From Patescibacteria group bacterium (GTDB taxonomy: Bacteria; Patescibacteriota; Kazan-3B-28; UBA10110): DNA of 64,000 nucleotides. Position 1 is the first letter of the stretch, and the number at the start of each line of letters is the position of its first letter. Below are positions 9,881 through 19,129 of this stretch, in pieces. The notes beneath the pieces were generated by a model. That model had not been told where the DNA came from. It worked only from the letters and a program-made list of their open reading frames with translations, and searched no databases. Made by a program: the position numbers and the translations under genes. Location of the stretch: contig JAFGPN010000004.1 in assembly GCA_016936175.1 (NCBI GenBank), forward strand, positions 5,726-69,725. Reading direction: 5' to 3'.

Positions 9881-10840
9881 TTACGATTCTTGGGGCAGTT
9901 TCTGATAAATACTGGCGTAATGTTCTGTAGAGTAATAGCCTGTTGGTTTATCATATTTCACCGCTGCTAATTGTTGCGGATGCACATCGCTTTCGTATGA
10001 GATAAGTATTCCGTTATGTTTTAGCACTCTAGTGATCTCTTCGGCGAGGCGACTTGAGTATTCCCTTTTCTTATCACGGATGTAATCCGAATCGGTTGAA
10101 AAGGGCATGGTCTCTAATCCTGATGCAACGATTACCCCCACCGATCCATCTTCTAATCGACTGATACAATCTAACATGTCGCCCATTATATGGGTCTCGG
10201 TCTCGTCTGTAGAAATAATCCTTGATTCCTTATTGACGATGCTCTCAGCAGGCTCACTGGCCACGCGGTGTGGCTTTCTTTCGGCTTCCAACATAGCCGC
10301 TATCCGCTCTTTGCTCAAATCTTCTGTTGCGTAATCGCTTGTAGGTGCCATATATGCCCGTGATTTTGGGCCTGTGTTTTTTCCTGCCACCGGTACGTCG
10401 CCACTTGGATCAGACAGTATCGCGTCTATCTCTTCTGCAGTTAAATCGCCCACTGCCAGACTTGGGGTATTGGAGCGATGTAGGTCAACTCCAATGTAGT
10501 GTTTAGCACCCCACTCCACAGCGGCGACGTAAGGCACTTCTCTAGATGAGCCACAACCAAGATCGAGCACTGTTTGACCATCTGCTCGTTCCTTTACCAA
10601 TGACGTCAGGCCCTCTTTGTTCAACCAATGTGGGAGATGTTCTGAATACGGTTCACCCATTTCTACAAATTTGTCTGGCAAATCAATCGGCTCTTTGTCT
10701 TCAGGCCGGGGCGCTCTGACAAAAAGCTCTCTGGTAGCTTCGGCTATTTTTTGCTCTCGAGTCTTTTCATTAGAGCCCGCCCCTCCTGAATCGGGAGAGG
10801 GAACCTGACTGAACGAACTGTTATTTTCAGGACTTTTCAT
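9881..10840 (-). CDS. Class I SAM-dependent methyltransferase-like protein
   Basis: Motif I VLDLGCG, YIGVDL and a late RVLKHNGILI motif. Confidence 0.75.
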   Translation of the reverse strand: MKSPENNSSFSQVPSPDSGGAGSNEKTREQKIAEATRELFVRAPRPEDKEPIDLPDKFVEMGEPYSEHLPHWLNKEGLTSLVKERADGQTVLDLGCGSSREVPYVAAVEWGAKHYIGVDLHRSNTPSLAVGDLTAEEIDAILSDPSGDVPVAGKNTGPKSRAYMAPTSDYATEDLSKERIAAMLEAERKPHRVASEPAESIVNKESRIISTDETETHIMGDMLDCISRLEDGSVGVIVASGLETMPFSTDSDYIRDKKREYSSRLAEEITRVLKHNGILISYESDVHPQQLAAVKYDKPTGYYSTEHYASIYQKLPQES

Positions 10841-10903
10841 TTCTTATCATTATATCATAAATAACGGTATTTATCAAGGGTACAAATACATTAGGTAGGT
10901 TCT

Positions 10904-10935
10904 AAAAACTCCGCGGCCCAAAGCCGCGGAGTTTT
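10904..10935. terminator. Intrinsic terminator (bidirectional type)
   Basis: AAAACTCCGCGGC-CCAAA-GCCGCGGAGTTTT. Confidence 0.8.
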
Positions 10936-10956
10936 ATAGTTCCAATCAGAACTCGC

Positions 10957-11352
10957 TTAATAGACGTTAAAAGCCAGCCATAAGAAGAATACACCAAGCA
11001 GTGAGGCGATCAGCCCAAAGAGCATTGAGGTTGTGCCTGGATTATAGACCTTGGTAACCATAAACCTCACACTATTTGGGAACAGGATGATAAAGGCTCC
11101 CTTAACCAAACCGATCCAGCCCAGCAGAGGCACCACCCACATCCAGTTATCCGCCATCAGCCGATGCTCCGTACCCAGAATTATCACCGAGACGGCTACA
11201 GTAACAAATGAGAGGCTAAGCAGAGCGCCAGACGGCTTCTTCCCCAAACTATCCAGCATAGCGTGGATGTCCTTGCTGTTGAGCAAAAGCGGTACACCTA
11301 TCAAGATCATCCAGGCGGCGAACACTAACGCGATAATTGCAAAAAAGCTCAT
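10957..11352 (-). CDS. Hypothetical 4-TM membrane protein
   Basis: Hydrophobic 131-aa ORF with SD AAGGAGG. Confidence 0.7.
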   Translation of the reverse strand: MSFFAIIALVFAAWMILIGVPLLLNSKDIHAMLDSLGKKPSGALLSLSFVTVAVSVIILGTEHRLMADNWMWVVPLLGWIGLVKGAFIILFPNSVRFMVTKVYNPGTTSMLFGLIASLLGVFFLWLAFNVY

Positions 11353-11536
11353 AATATCCCTCCTTCTTTATTTCTATCATTATAACATCCGAATCCCCCA
11401 CTAATAAACCACTCTCAGATTGATTTTTACTACACAAAGTGTAGGATAGGAGCGAGTTAGGTAAGGTCGAAATCTGGGGGCGACTAATGCCTCCTTGACA
11501 TCACAGTCAAGCCCATCTTCTAAGGAGGTGAGCAAG

Positions 11537-12517
11537 GTGCTTTTTCACATCAACTCAGACGAGGCAAAACAGGCAATCGACAGGCTGTTTGAGTATCTTA
11601 TTGCTCACCCCGAGATTGACCAAGAACAGTTGGCGAACGCTTTCCAGACGAATGGCGAGCTAAGTGATATCTGCCGTGCAGTTTTCTGCCTGGTAGTGAT
11701 CGGCGATCACGACGGTCTGTTCAAAAGGCGAATAACCGATTCAGCCAAAATACTGGGTACTGCCTTACTTCCTCTGCTTGAACTAGTTGAACCGGTTGGG
11801 CTTATCGAAATCGAAGGTCTAATCGCCGACGTAGCCGATCCCGACAACCCATCAGGGTTACCCCTGTTAATCGCCGCTGTTAATTCTCCCAATGACTGCA
11901 TTCGCATTCACGCAGCCACCTACATCGGCATCTTCGGCGAAGCCGTTCTCGAGTTGATCGAAAAACTGGCGGAAGACCCCGATCCTGAAATGCAGGAGGC
12001 TGTCATTAACTCAGCCCAAAGTATCGGGGTATCAGCATTACCCCTACTCGAGCGGCTGGCTAACAATCTCGAGCTTGACGAAACAGTCAGCGACTTGGCT
12101 CGTGAGGCAATCAGTCACATTAACTGCTTGACTGAACTACAAGCGCGTCGAGAAAATTATTATCGCTCAGCCCAGAAGGAGGTGACTATGAGCAATAAGT
12201 ATCGTCGAACGGAAGGCGAAGACCCTCATCTGCCCGGGGAGCGTGTCGGAATTCAGGCCGCCACCATCTTTGTGCTGGTAATATTCGGCGGAATCGCGGC
12301 GATAGCGCTGGGGGACACTGTTCGTGATCCCGTCCTGTTGCTGGCATTGATAATCAGTGGCTGGCTCACCTGGATCTGTAGCGATATGGCCTGGAATCGG
12401 GGCACTCAAGGTCTGCGCGATGTTTGGTGGAAGGTGCTCATCGCTGGTGCCACCATCGGCGGCATCGCCACCATTTGGAGTGGCATTCTGTGCTGGTTGC
12501 ACGCAACCAGCAGATAA
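11537..12517 (+). CDS. HEAT-repeat protein with C-terminal membrane domain (possibly two fused genes)
   Basis: SD TAAGGAGGTG before GTG 11537; HEAT-like segments (LIEKLAEDPDPEMQEAVINSA); 3 TMs after an internal in-frame SD and ATG at 12188. Confidence 0.7.
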   Translation: MLFHINSDEAKQAIDRLFEYLIAHPEIDQEQLANAFQTNGELSDICRAVFCLVVIGDHDGLFKRRITDSAKILGTALLPLLELVEPVGLIEIEGLIADVADPDNPSGLPLLIAAVNSPNDCIRIHAATYIGIFGEAVLELIEKLAEDPDPEMQEAVINSAQSIGVSALPLLERLANNLELDETVSDLAREAISHINCLTELQARRENYYRSAQKEVTMSNKYRRTEGEDPHLPGERVGIQAATIFVLVIFGGIAAIALGDTVRDPVLLLALIISGWLTWICSDMAWNRGTQGLRDVWWKVLIAGATIGGIATIWSGILCWLHATSR

Positions 12518-12601
12518 GATGTCAACCAAACCGAAACCAAACCTGCGGGAAACCGTAGGTTTTTTATTGGAGAAATAGCAAAATCGATTATAAATCGCCC
12601 A

Positions 12602-12657
12602 TTGACGAGCTTTTATTACTAGAGTAATATTTAGATAGTTGTCTAAATATCTAAATA
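12602..12657 (+). promoter_or_regulatory. Sigma70 promoter with overlapping inverted-repeat operator (probable ArsR autoregulation site)
   Basis: TTGACG-17 nt-TAATAT, and the palindrome ATATTTAGA-N6-TCTAAATAT plus an extra TCTAAATA half-site. Confidence 0.7.
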
Positions 12658-12666
12658 CCTGTTTAA

Positions 12667-12936
12667 ATGGCTATCAAGGATGTCTCAGTCGCCTTTAAGG
12701 CCTTGTCGGACCCCATTCGCCGAGAGATCTTAAAAAAACTTAAAAAACGAGACTTAACTCCTTCTGAGCTGGGTCTTTACTTCCCTATCTCCGGCCCCTC
12801 CCTTTCTCACCACTTAAATATTCTTAAACAGGCTAACCTCATCTCCGCAGACAAACAGGGCCAAAAGATAGTTTACTCGCTCAACACCACCGTCTTCTAC
12901 GATATTATTAACAATTTTTTAGAAGGATTTAAATAA
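12667..12936 (+). CDS. ArsR/SmtB-family repressor (SdpR-like)
   Basis: FKALSDPIRREIL...SLSHHLNILKQANLI...GQKIVYSLNTTVF; lies upstream of an SdpI-like gene. Confidence 0.9.
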   Translation: MAIKDVSVAFKALSDPIRREILKKLKKRDLTPSELGLYFPISGPSLSHHLNILKQANLISADKQGQKIVYSLNTTVFYDIINNFLEGFK

Positions 12937-12938
12937 CT

Positions 12939-13351
12939 TGTCCCCGGGTTTAACCCGGGGACCCAGCAAAAACAAGAAAATGGCTGGCTATCTCTACATC
13001 CTTTCCAATCAGAAGAATGGCACATTATACATTGGCGCCACCTCCGATCTTCAAAAAAGAATTTGGGAACACAAAAACAAATTTGTTCCAGGGTTCAGTA
13101 ACCAATATAAATTATTCAAACTGGTCTACTACGAACAATTCGAAGACGTGCTATCAGCCAGAGCTCGCGAACGAACACTAAAGAAATGGAATCGTGATTG
13201 GAAAATAAAACTTATAGAAACACAGAATCCAAACTGGAAAGATCTATATCAATCAATTATTTAATTCTTTCTCGCCTTCGGGCTAGACCCGGAGGCCCAG
13301 AAAAAATAATTTATTTGCTGTCTGGGTCCCCGGATTAAATCCGAGGACAAG
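12939..13351 (+). mobile_element. Putative palindrome-bounded GIY-YIG cassette
   Basis: TGTCCCCGGGTTTAACCCGGGGACCCAG upstream, and CTGGGTCCCCGGATTAAATCCGAGGACA in inverted orientation downstream, with a third hairpin at 13272-13300. Confidence 0.55.
12980..13264 (+). CDS. Small GIY-YIG nuclease
   Basis: GYLYILSNQKNGTLYIGATSDLQKRIWEHK...ARARERTLKKWNRDWKIKLIE...NPNWKDL. Confidence 0.92.
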   Translation: MAGYLYILSNQKNGTLYIGATSDLQKRIWEHKNKFVPGFSNQYKLFKLVYYEQFEDVLSARARERTLKKWNRDWKIKLIETQNPNWKDLYQSII

Positions 13352-13373
13352 GCAAAAGAAGAAAGGAGATGCT

Positions 13374-14033
13374 ATGCGCAAAATTCAATTTACATTCAAA
13401 ACCGAATGGCTATCAGTCCTACTAATTATCGCAGTTATTATCGCCGCCATCTGGGTTTATCCCCTACTCCCCGCCAAGGTCCCCTCGCACTGGGGAATTA
13501 ATGGACAGGTTGACGGTTGGACATCGCCTGTGGGGCATGTATTGATGTTCCCTGGGATGATGGTAGGAATGTATCTGTTGTTTTTGGCCTTACCGCACAT
13601 AGAGCCACGGCGTCAGCATTTTATTGAATCGTGGGGGTTCTATCAGATGATTCGCAACTTTATGATGGTGTTTTTAGCGGCCATGTATGGCTTAACCAGC
13701 TACGCCGGTATCACCAATAATCCAATCGCTGTCGATAAAATTGTTCCAATCGCCGTTGGTGTTCTCTTCCTGTTCATCGGCAACTACCTCACCCAAGTAA
13801 AATCCAATTTTTTCATGGGCATCCGCACTCCTTGGGCACTCTCATCCGAAGAAAACTGGAAAAAGACACATCGCTTAGGTGCTTACACCTTTGCCCTGGG
13901 CGGGGTATTATTTCTGACTACCCCCTGGCTTCCCGTGCCCTTCAACTTTTATGTTCCAATGGTCGGTGTTTTTGGCGCCGCCTTTTTACCTATCCTGATG
14001 TCCTTTGTCTGGTTTAGGCAAGGCAACAAATAA
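13374..14033 (+). CDS. SdpI-family membrane protein (DUF1648 plus SdpI)
   Basis: LPAKVPSHWGINGQVDGW and SNFFMGIRTPWALSSEENWKKTHRLG motifs. Confidence 0.9.
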   Translation: MRKIQFTFKTEWLSVLLIIAVIIAAIWVYPLLPAKVPSHWGINGQVDGWTSPVGHVLMFPGMMVGMYLLFLALPHIEPRRQHFIESWGFYQMIRNFMMVFLAAMYGLTSYAGITNNPIAVDKIVPIAVGVLFLFIGNYLTQVKSNFFMGIRTPWALSSEENWKKTHRLGAYTFALGGVLFLTTPWLPVPFNFYVPMVGVFGAAFLPILMSFVWFRQGNK

Positions 14034-14039
14034 AACTCC

Positions 14040-14160
14040 CCCGCCATCGGAGGAGGAACGTCCTCGACTGGCGGCCGGTTTGGGGCCACCCGTTTGCCGG
14101 GACAAATGGGTGGTGAAAAGAATAACAGATTAAAATCCTGAAACAAGTTCGGGATGACAA
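14040..14160 (+). repeat. Short copy of the structured intergenic repeat plus a REP half
   Basis: CGCCATCGGA...ACTGGCGGCCGGTTTGGGGCCACCCGTTTG-CCGGGA-CAAATGGGTGG, then ATCCTGAAACAAGTTCGGGATGACA. Confidence 0.75.
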
Positions 14161-14184
14161 CGGTGTTTTGTAGGGGAACTTCCA

Positions 14185-15132
14185 CTAAGTGACAGTCAGA
14201 GCAAAACACTCTCGCCCAACCCCGTGATAAAAGCGCTGAACGACACTGGACGGTTCGCTGATCTCCTCACGGTAGATCTTGCTTTCATCGCTATCTTTAG
14301 AGAGTACCGTATCAAAAGTAGCGCACAGCTCATATGTCTTGGCCCCTGTCACCTTATATTCGAACCTTTCTTTGGTTTCCGGATCGATCAGGCCATCGGG
14401 GGCAACAAAAATATTTACATCAGTGATTAGTTGATCCAGATTGACTGGTAGTTTTTGGTGGCCAACTTCACCTTTAAAGCCATAGTACTGTTGAATGGCT
14501 TCCTGGATACCGTTGAGCCTTTCCACCCGAGAAGCATCCAGATTCTCCGCCCGCCGCTCGGCTGGGCTACCGATGATAAAGAAGCTGCCAATTACTGCCC
14601 CAGCCGCCGCGATAAAAACAATCCACTCAAACAGCCGGAATCCCGCTCCGATCCTCGGTGACTCCTTACTAAAATGTCTTAGATGCCACCATTGATATCC
14701 CAGCACCGTCGCGGCGATGGCCAAAGTGATAAGCGTATGAATAATAAATCGCGCCACCAGTGTGCCATTCATCAAGCCCATAAATAGCTGGATGATCTGC
14801 CAGATAATAATCAATATCACGACCACCATCGTGATGTACAGCAGCCAGTTTCTGACCCCAGAATCGGGCTTCATCTTACCCACCTTTAATAACCGATTGG
14901 CCACCAAATTAAGATAGGCAAAGATCGGAAAGGCAATCAATACAGCGGCCATAAAACCGATGACCGCTTCGTCATTCAACATCATCCCTACATTCGGAAG
15001 CGCATCCGGCACAAACTTATTTACGATCGCCTTGAGCAAGAAGTTCAAACCCAAACTGCTGATCAGTAGCGTAGCGTAACTCAAAAGATACACGAACCCG
15101 TCCCGCGCGTAATTGTATTTGCCTTCGCTCAT
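14185..15132 (-). CDS. Multi-TM protein (DUF5671-like) with C-terminal extracellular domain
   Basis: Five TMs, GSPAERR...D..R...L and YELCATF motifs. Confidence 0.7.
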   Translation of the reverse strand: MSEGKYNYARDGFVYLLSYATLLISSLGLNFLLKAIVNKFVPDALPNVGMMLNDEAVIGFMAAVLIAFPIFAYLNLVANRLLKVGKMKPDSGVRNWLLYITMVVVILIIIWQIIQLFMGLMNGTLVARFIIHTLITLAIAATVLGYQWWHLRHFSKESPRIGAGFRLFEWIVFIAAAGAVIGSFFIIGSPAERRAENLDASRVERLNGIQEAIQQYYGFKGEVGHQKLPVNLDQLITDVNIFVAPDGLIDPETKERFEYKVTGAKTYELCATFDTVLSKDSDESKIYREEISEPSSVVQRFYHGVGRECFALTVT

Positions 15133-15155
15133 GTCTTAATTATACACTGAGATAC

Positions 15156-15572
15156 CTACCACTCAGAAGCCAAGGAAAGTAGCTCGTTTTGAATACTACG
15201 GAAAAAATCCTGGTCTTCTTTATATGTCAGCTTCTCTGCCACCTGAGCAATCGGTACCCATCTGCACTTCAGTATCTCCATGCTCGGTGTTAAGGGCTGA
15301 TTGGCGGCCCGAAACAAAAAATAGTAGATGGTCATAAATTTGTTCTTATCCCCAGACATTCGGGAATAAGATGGATAAGATTTAACATAGTTCAGATTAT
15401 CTGGCTCTATCCCCGCCTCCTCGCCGATTTCTCTAAGGGCGGCCTCGAGATACTCTTCTCCCGGTTCTACCGTGCCTTTGGGCAGTTGCCAACTGTGGGT
15501 ATGAGTAAAAACGAGGACGACCTCGCCCACCTCGTTAACGATTACCCCACCGGCTGATTCTTTTTTAGTCAT
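15156..15572 (-). CDS. NUDIX hydrolase
   Basis: Nudix box GTVEPGEEYLEAALREIGEEAG; the ATG overlaps the end of cysS. Confidence 0.9.
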   Translation of the reverse strand: MTKKESAGGVIVNEVGEVVLVFTHTHSWQLPKGTVEPGEEYLEAALREIGEEAGIEPDNLNYVKSYPSYSRMSGDKNKFMTIYYFLFRAANQPLTPSMEILKCRWVPIAQVAEKLTYKEDQDFFRSIQNELLSLASEW

Positions 15573-17022
15573 TGGTCGATATCCTTGGCCCCCGATTGGT
15601 ATCCTCCACCACAAAACCCAGCTTAGCTATTCTATCGCGCAGTTTATCTGATCTTTGCCAATCTTTGGCCTTCCGAGCCTTTTCTCGCTCTGATACCAGC
15701 TTTTTTACTTCCGCCGGAATCGCTGACGGCTTGTGGTCTTTTAACCCCAATCCTAAAACTTTATCAAAATCCAGCAAAGTTGCCTGTTTGTCCGACAACG
15801 ATTTTTTCGATTTTAACAGTTCCCAAACTACCGTCATTGCCTTTGGCATATTCAAATCATCATTTATCGCCGCCAAAAATCTTTTCTTATATGTCGTGTC
15901 CACTTTCCCTTTGTCATTCCCGCGCCATTCGGCCTCGAGCTCATGGCCGAGAGGAAGGCGGGAATCCATTTTTGTTTTCTGGCTGGATCTCCGGGTCAAG
16001 CCCGAGGATGATGGGAGGGACACAGCAAATACTGCTCGTAATTTATTCAATGAATTCTGTGCGCCTACCAGCGCTGACTTAGAAAAACCTAACTTTTGTC
16101 GATAGTGACCAGAAATCGCCAAATACCGGAATACCATTGGTTCGATTCCCTGCCCCGCTAAATCAGTTAGGGTGTAGAAATTGCCGGCACTCTTGGCCAT
16201 CTTGGCACCATTCACTACCATAAACGCATTGTGGAACCAATAATGCGCTAACGGCTTACCGTACGCCGCCTCGCTTTGAGCAATCTCATTGTTGTGATGA
16301 GTGGCGATGTGATCTTCACCACCCGTATGAATATCAAACGGCTGGCCCAGCTCTTTGGTAGAAATTGCCGAACACTCAATGTGCCAACCCGGATATCCCA
16401 CTCCCCAAGGAGATTTCCACTCCTGTTGCCGTTTTTGCATCCCGGAGAACTTCCATAAAGCAAAGTCGGTTTCTCGTTTCTTATATGGACTGTGCCATAC
16501 TCGCGCCTTACCGGCACCCACTCCACCTAGTCTGCCATAGTTTTTAAATTTGGCCGTATCAAAATAGATTCCATCGGAAGTTTTGTAGGTATAGCCTCTT
16601 TTTTCCAGCTGCTTAATTAATTCGATCTGTTCTTTAATATATTTGCTGGCCCACGCAAATTTATTTGGTAACTCAATGTTTAAAGCTTTTAAATCTCTAA
16701 TGAATTGTTCAGTATAAAATTTGGTAATCTCTTTCGCAGTTTTGCCAGTTTTCTTCGCTTCGCGCTCAATCTTGTCTTCGCCAGTATCGGCATCCGAGGT
16801 TAAATGGCCAACATCGGTGATATTCATCACCTGACGAACTTTGTATCCGTTGTATCCCAACACTCGCCGCAAGATGTCTTCCGCTAAATATGCCCGCAGA
16901 TTGCCGATATGCGCATACTGATAAACAGTTGGTCCGCAGGTATATACAGAAACCTGACCGCGTTTTATCGGTTTAAACTCCTGTTTCTTCCGCCCCAATG
17001 TGTTGAAAAGTTTTAATCCCAT
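15565..17022 (-). CDS. cysS: Cysteinyl-tRNA synthetase with in-frame repeat-derived insert
   Basis: YTCGPTVY, HIGN, DFALWK, GWHIECS and KMAKS motifs. Confidence 0.97.
   Translation of the reverse strand: MGLKLFNTLGRKKQEFKPIKRGQVSVYTCGPTVYQYAHIGNLRAYLAEDILRRVLGYNGYKVRQVMNITDVGHLTSDADTGEDKIEREAKKTGKTAKEITKFYTEQFIRDLKALNIELPNKFAWASKYIKEQIELIKQLEKRGYTYKTSDGIYFDTAKFKNYGRLGGVGAGKARVWHSPYKKRETDFALWKFSGMQKRQQEWKSPWGVGYPGWHIECSAISTKELGQPFDIHTGGEDHIATHHNNEIAQSEAAYGKPLAHYWFHNAFMVVNGAKMAKSAGNFYTLTDLAGQGIEPMVFRYLAISGHYRQKLGFSKSALVGAQNSLNKLRAVFAVSLPSSSGLTRRSSQKTKMDSRLPLGHELEAEWRGNDKGKVDTTYKKRFLAAINDDLNMPKAMTVVWELLKSKKSLSDKQATLLDFDKVLGLGLKDHKPSAIPAEVKKLVSEREKARKAKDWQRSDKLRDRIAKLGFVVEDTNRGPRISTND
15913..16012. 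repeat. REP-like palindromes inside the cysS coding sequence
   Basis: GTCATTCCCGC...GCGGGAATC (54 bp identical to 17034-17087) plus CTGGATCTCCGGGTCAAGCCCGAGGATGA. Confidence 0.85.
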
Positions 17023-17033
17023 ATTTTTCTCTC

Positions 17034-17162
17034 GTCATTCCCGCGCCATTCGGCCTCGAGCTCATGGCCGAGAGGAAGGCGGGAATCTAGAAAACAAAAT
17101 GATTTTTATTTTTTTATCTGGATCCCCGATGTCGAGTCGCTCTGCGCTCGGCTCGAGGACAA
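17034..17162. repeat. Intergenic REP pair upstream of cysS
   Basis: 54-bp copy identical to 15913-15966, followed by CTGGATCCCCGA...TCGAGGACA. Confidence 0.85.
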
Positions 17163-17194
17163 CTATTGCATCACTGGATACAATAGTTGGCTTA

Positions 17195-18100
17195 TTAAGT
17201 GGCACTTAAGTGAGGTTTAAATGATTTAACCTGATAATCAACCAAGTAGGCGCCAATCAACACTCCAAACCCACCTAATATATTATGCAGGGTTAACTGC
17301 TCGCCCAAAAACACAACGGCCAAGATAGCGATCTGAAACAGCATCGTATTTTGGAATATAGCGGCCTCCAGCGCCTGTAATTTGTCTAAGCAAGAGCTCC
17401 ACATCATCCCGGCAAAACCAAAGATAATACCAGTTACTAACACCGAAAGTCCAATCTGCCACTGACCTAAAACTGCAATATCCCCACCGCTCAAAAGCCC
17501 GATTGGCAGTAACACAGCCAGACCGATCCCGTTAGTAATCAGAGAGGTGGAGATGGTCTCGTCACCCGGCCTCCGCATAACAAACCTGGTCATTACCGTA
17601 TTAAGAGCGTAACTGGCCTCGGACGCCAATAACATTAACATGCCAAACATGGAACCACCAGTTACTTCGCCACCCAAAAATATATAAACGCTTATGCCAG
17701 CTACCAATACTCCAAACAACTGTTGAACCCTGGGACGTTCTTTTAAAATAATTGCCCCCAACACCATTACTAGCACCGAGCTCATCCCGGCAAACAAACC
17801 AGCCGTAGCACCGGTAACATATTTTAGCCCCATCACCGCAAACAGTGGCGCCGCTACATACCCCATCAATCCAACCAATACTAACGCTCGAATCTCGTAA
17901 GTTTTAAAGTTCCACTTTACCTTCTGACGATGGATAAGATAGTAGGTTAGAACGGACAAAAACGAGACAACCTGAATACTTGCGATTAGCACCATCGGCG
18001 AAACCAGCCCCAATCCCAATTTGATAATGATTTTAGAAGCCGACCACAAAAAAGTAACAAACAAAGCCTGGACTAACCAAATGGATCGCGTAGACTTCAT
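17195..18100 (-). CDS. DMT/EamA-family transporter
   Basis: Ten-TM duplicated topology with ILKERP and FLGEQL motifs. Confidence 0.88.
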   Translation of the reverse strand: MKSTRSIWLVQALFVTFLWSASKIIIKLGLGLVSPMVLIASIQVVSFLSVLTYYLIHRQKVKWNFKTYEIRALVLVGLMGYVAAPLFAVMGLKYVTGATAGLFAGMSSVLVMVLGAIILKERPRVQQLFGVLVAGISVYIFLGGEVTGGSMFGMLMLLASEASYALNTVMTRFVMRRPGDETISTSLITNGIGLAVLLPIGLLSGGDIAVLGQWQIGLSVLVTGIIFGFAGMMWSSCLDKLQALEAAIFQNTMLFQIAILAVVFLGEQLTLHNILGGFGVLIGAYLVDYQVKSFKPHLSAT

Positions 18101-18699
18101 GTCGATCTCCTCCCCTCTAAGGCGCGAGCTAAGGTTACTTCATCAGCATATTCTAAATCACCACCCTGCGGCAAACCCGAAGCGATGCGAGTGACCTTAA
18201 CTTTGGTAGATGCAATAATTTTTTGCACGTACATCGCCGTGGCCTCGCCTTCGACATTGTGATTAGTGGCGATAATCACCTCTGTAAAACCGTCGGCTTG
18301 GATTCGCTGGGGCAGATCGGCCAACTGTAAACTATCGGCGCTAATTCCATCCAGTGGAGATAATCTTCCGCCCAACACATGATATTTACCGTTAAAACTA
18401 CGTGACCTCTCGATCGCCAATACATCTAACGGCTCTTCTACTACGCAGAGAGTCGTGCTATCGCGCTGTGGGTCAGCACAGATACTACATGGATTGCTAT
18501 CGGACACATTGTGGCAAGCATCGCAATAAACCAGGCTGGATTTTAACTCTAATAACGCTTCCCCTAACGCCGTGACATCGTTCCCGGGGTTACGAATCAA
18601 ATAAAAAGCTAGCCGGGAGGCCGTTTTGGGCCCAATCCCCGGCAACCGACTAAGTTCTGTAATCAGGCGTGATACCGATTTTGGTAGTGTGTACATCAA
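18097..18699 (-). CDS. recR: Recombination protein RecR
   Basis: LPGIGPKTASRLA, a C4 zinc finger and TOPRIM EGEATA...GLPQGGDLEYAD. Confidence 0.97.
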   Translation of the reverse strand: MMYTLPKSVSRLITELSRLPGIGPKTASRLAFYLIRNPGNDVTALGEALLELKSSLVYCDACHNVSDSNPCSICADPQRDSTTLCVVEEPLDVLAIERSRSFNGKYHVLGGRLSPLDGISADSLQLADLPQRIQADGFTEVIIATNHNVEGEATAMYVQKIIASTKVKVTRIASGLPQGGDLEYADEVTLARALEGRRST

Positions 18700-18827
18700 A
18701 TAAAAATGTCTAACGACAAATTTCTAATGCTTAAATGAATCCCAATACCCAAATCCTGATAGCCTTAGACATTGGAGTTTGGTCATTATTTAGAAATTAG
18801 ATATTGGGAATTAGAAATTGAGTTAAG

Positions 18828-19127
18828 TTACAGTCCCGGGATGCCTAAGCCCCCCATTACTTCTTTGGTCTTTTGGGCCGCCGATTGCTGGGCTCTTTTA
18901 CTAGCCGCCGCAAAAGCTTGGGTTAAAAATTTAATTAAACTATCTTTTTCGGCTGGATCAAGCAAACTATCATCGATATCAATCGAAACAATTTTTTGTT
19001 CACCATCTACCACTACTTTTACCTTGCCACCTAGCTCAACCCCTTCAAACTGCAGTCCACGCAACTCTTGTTGCAACTTTTTAGCTTTGCCTTGCAACTC
19101 CCACATTTTTTTAGCTTTGTCGAACAT
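18828..19127 (-). CDS. ybaB: YbaB/EbfC nucleoid-associated protein
   Basis: GGKVKVVVDG motif, appropriate size, and position directly upstream of recR. Confidence 0.9.
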   Translation of the reverse strand: MFDKAKKMWELQGKAKKLQQELRGLQFEGVELGGKVKVVVDGEQKIVSIDIDDSLLDPAEKDSLIKFLTQAFAAASKRAQQSAAQKTKEVMGGLGIPGL

Positions 19128-19129
19128 GA

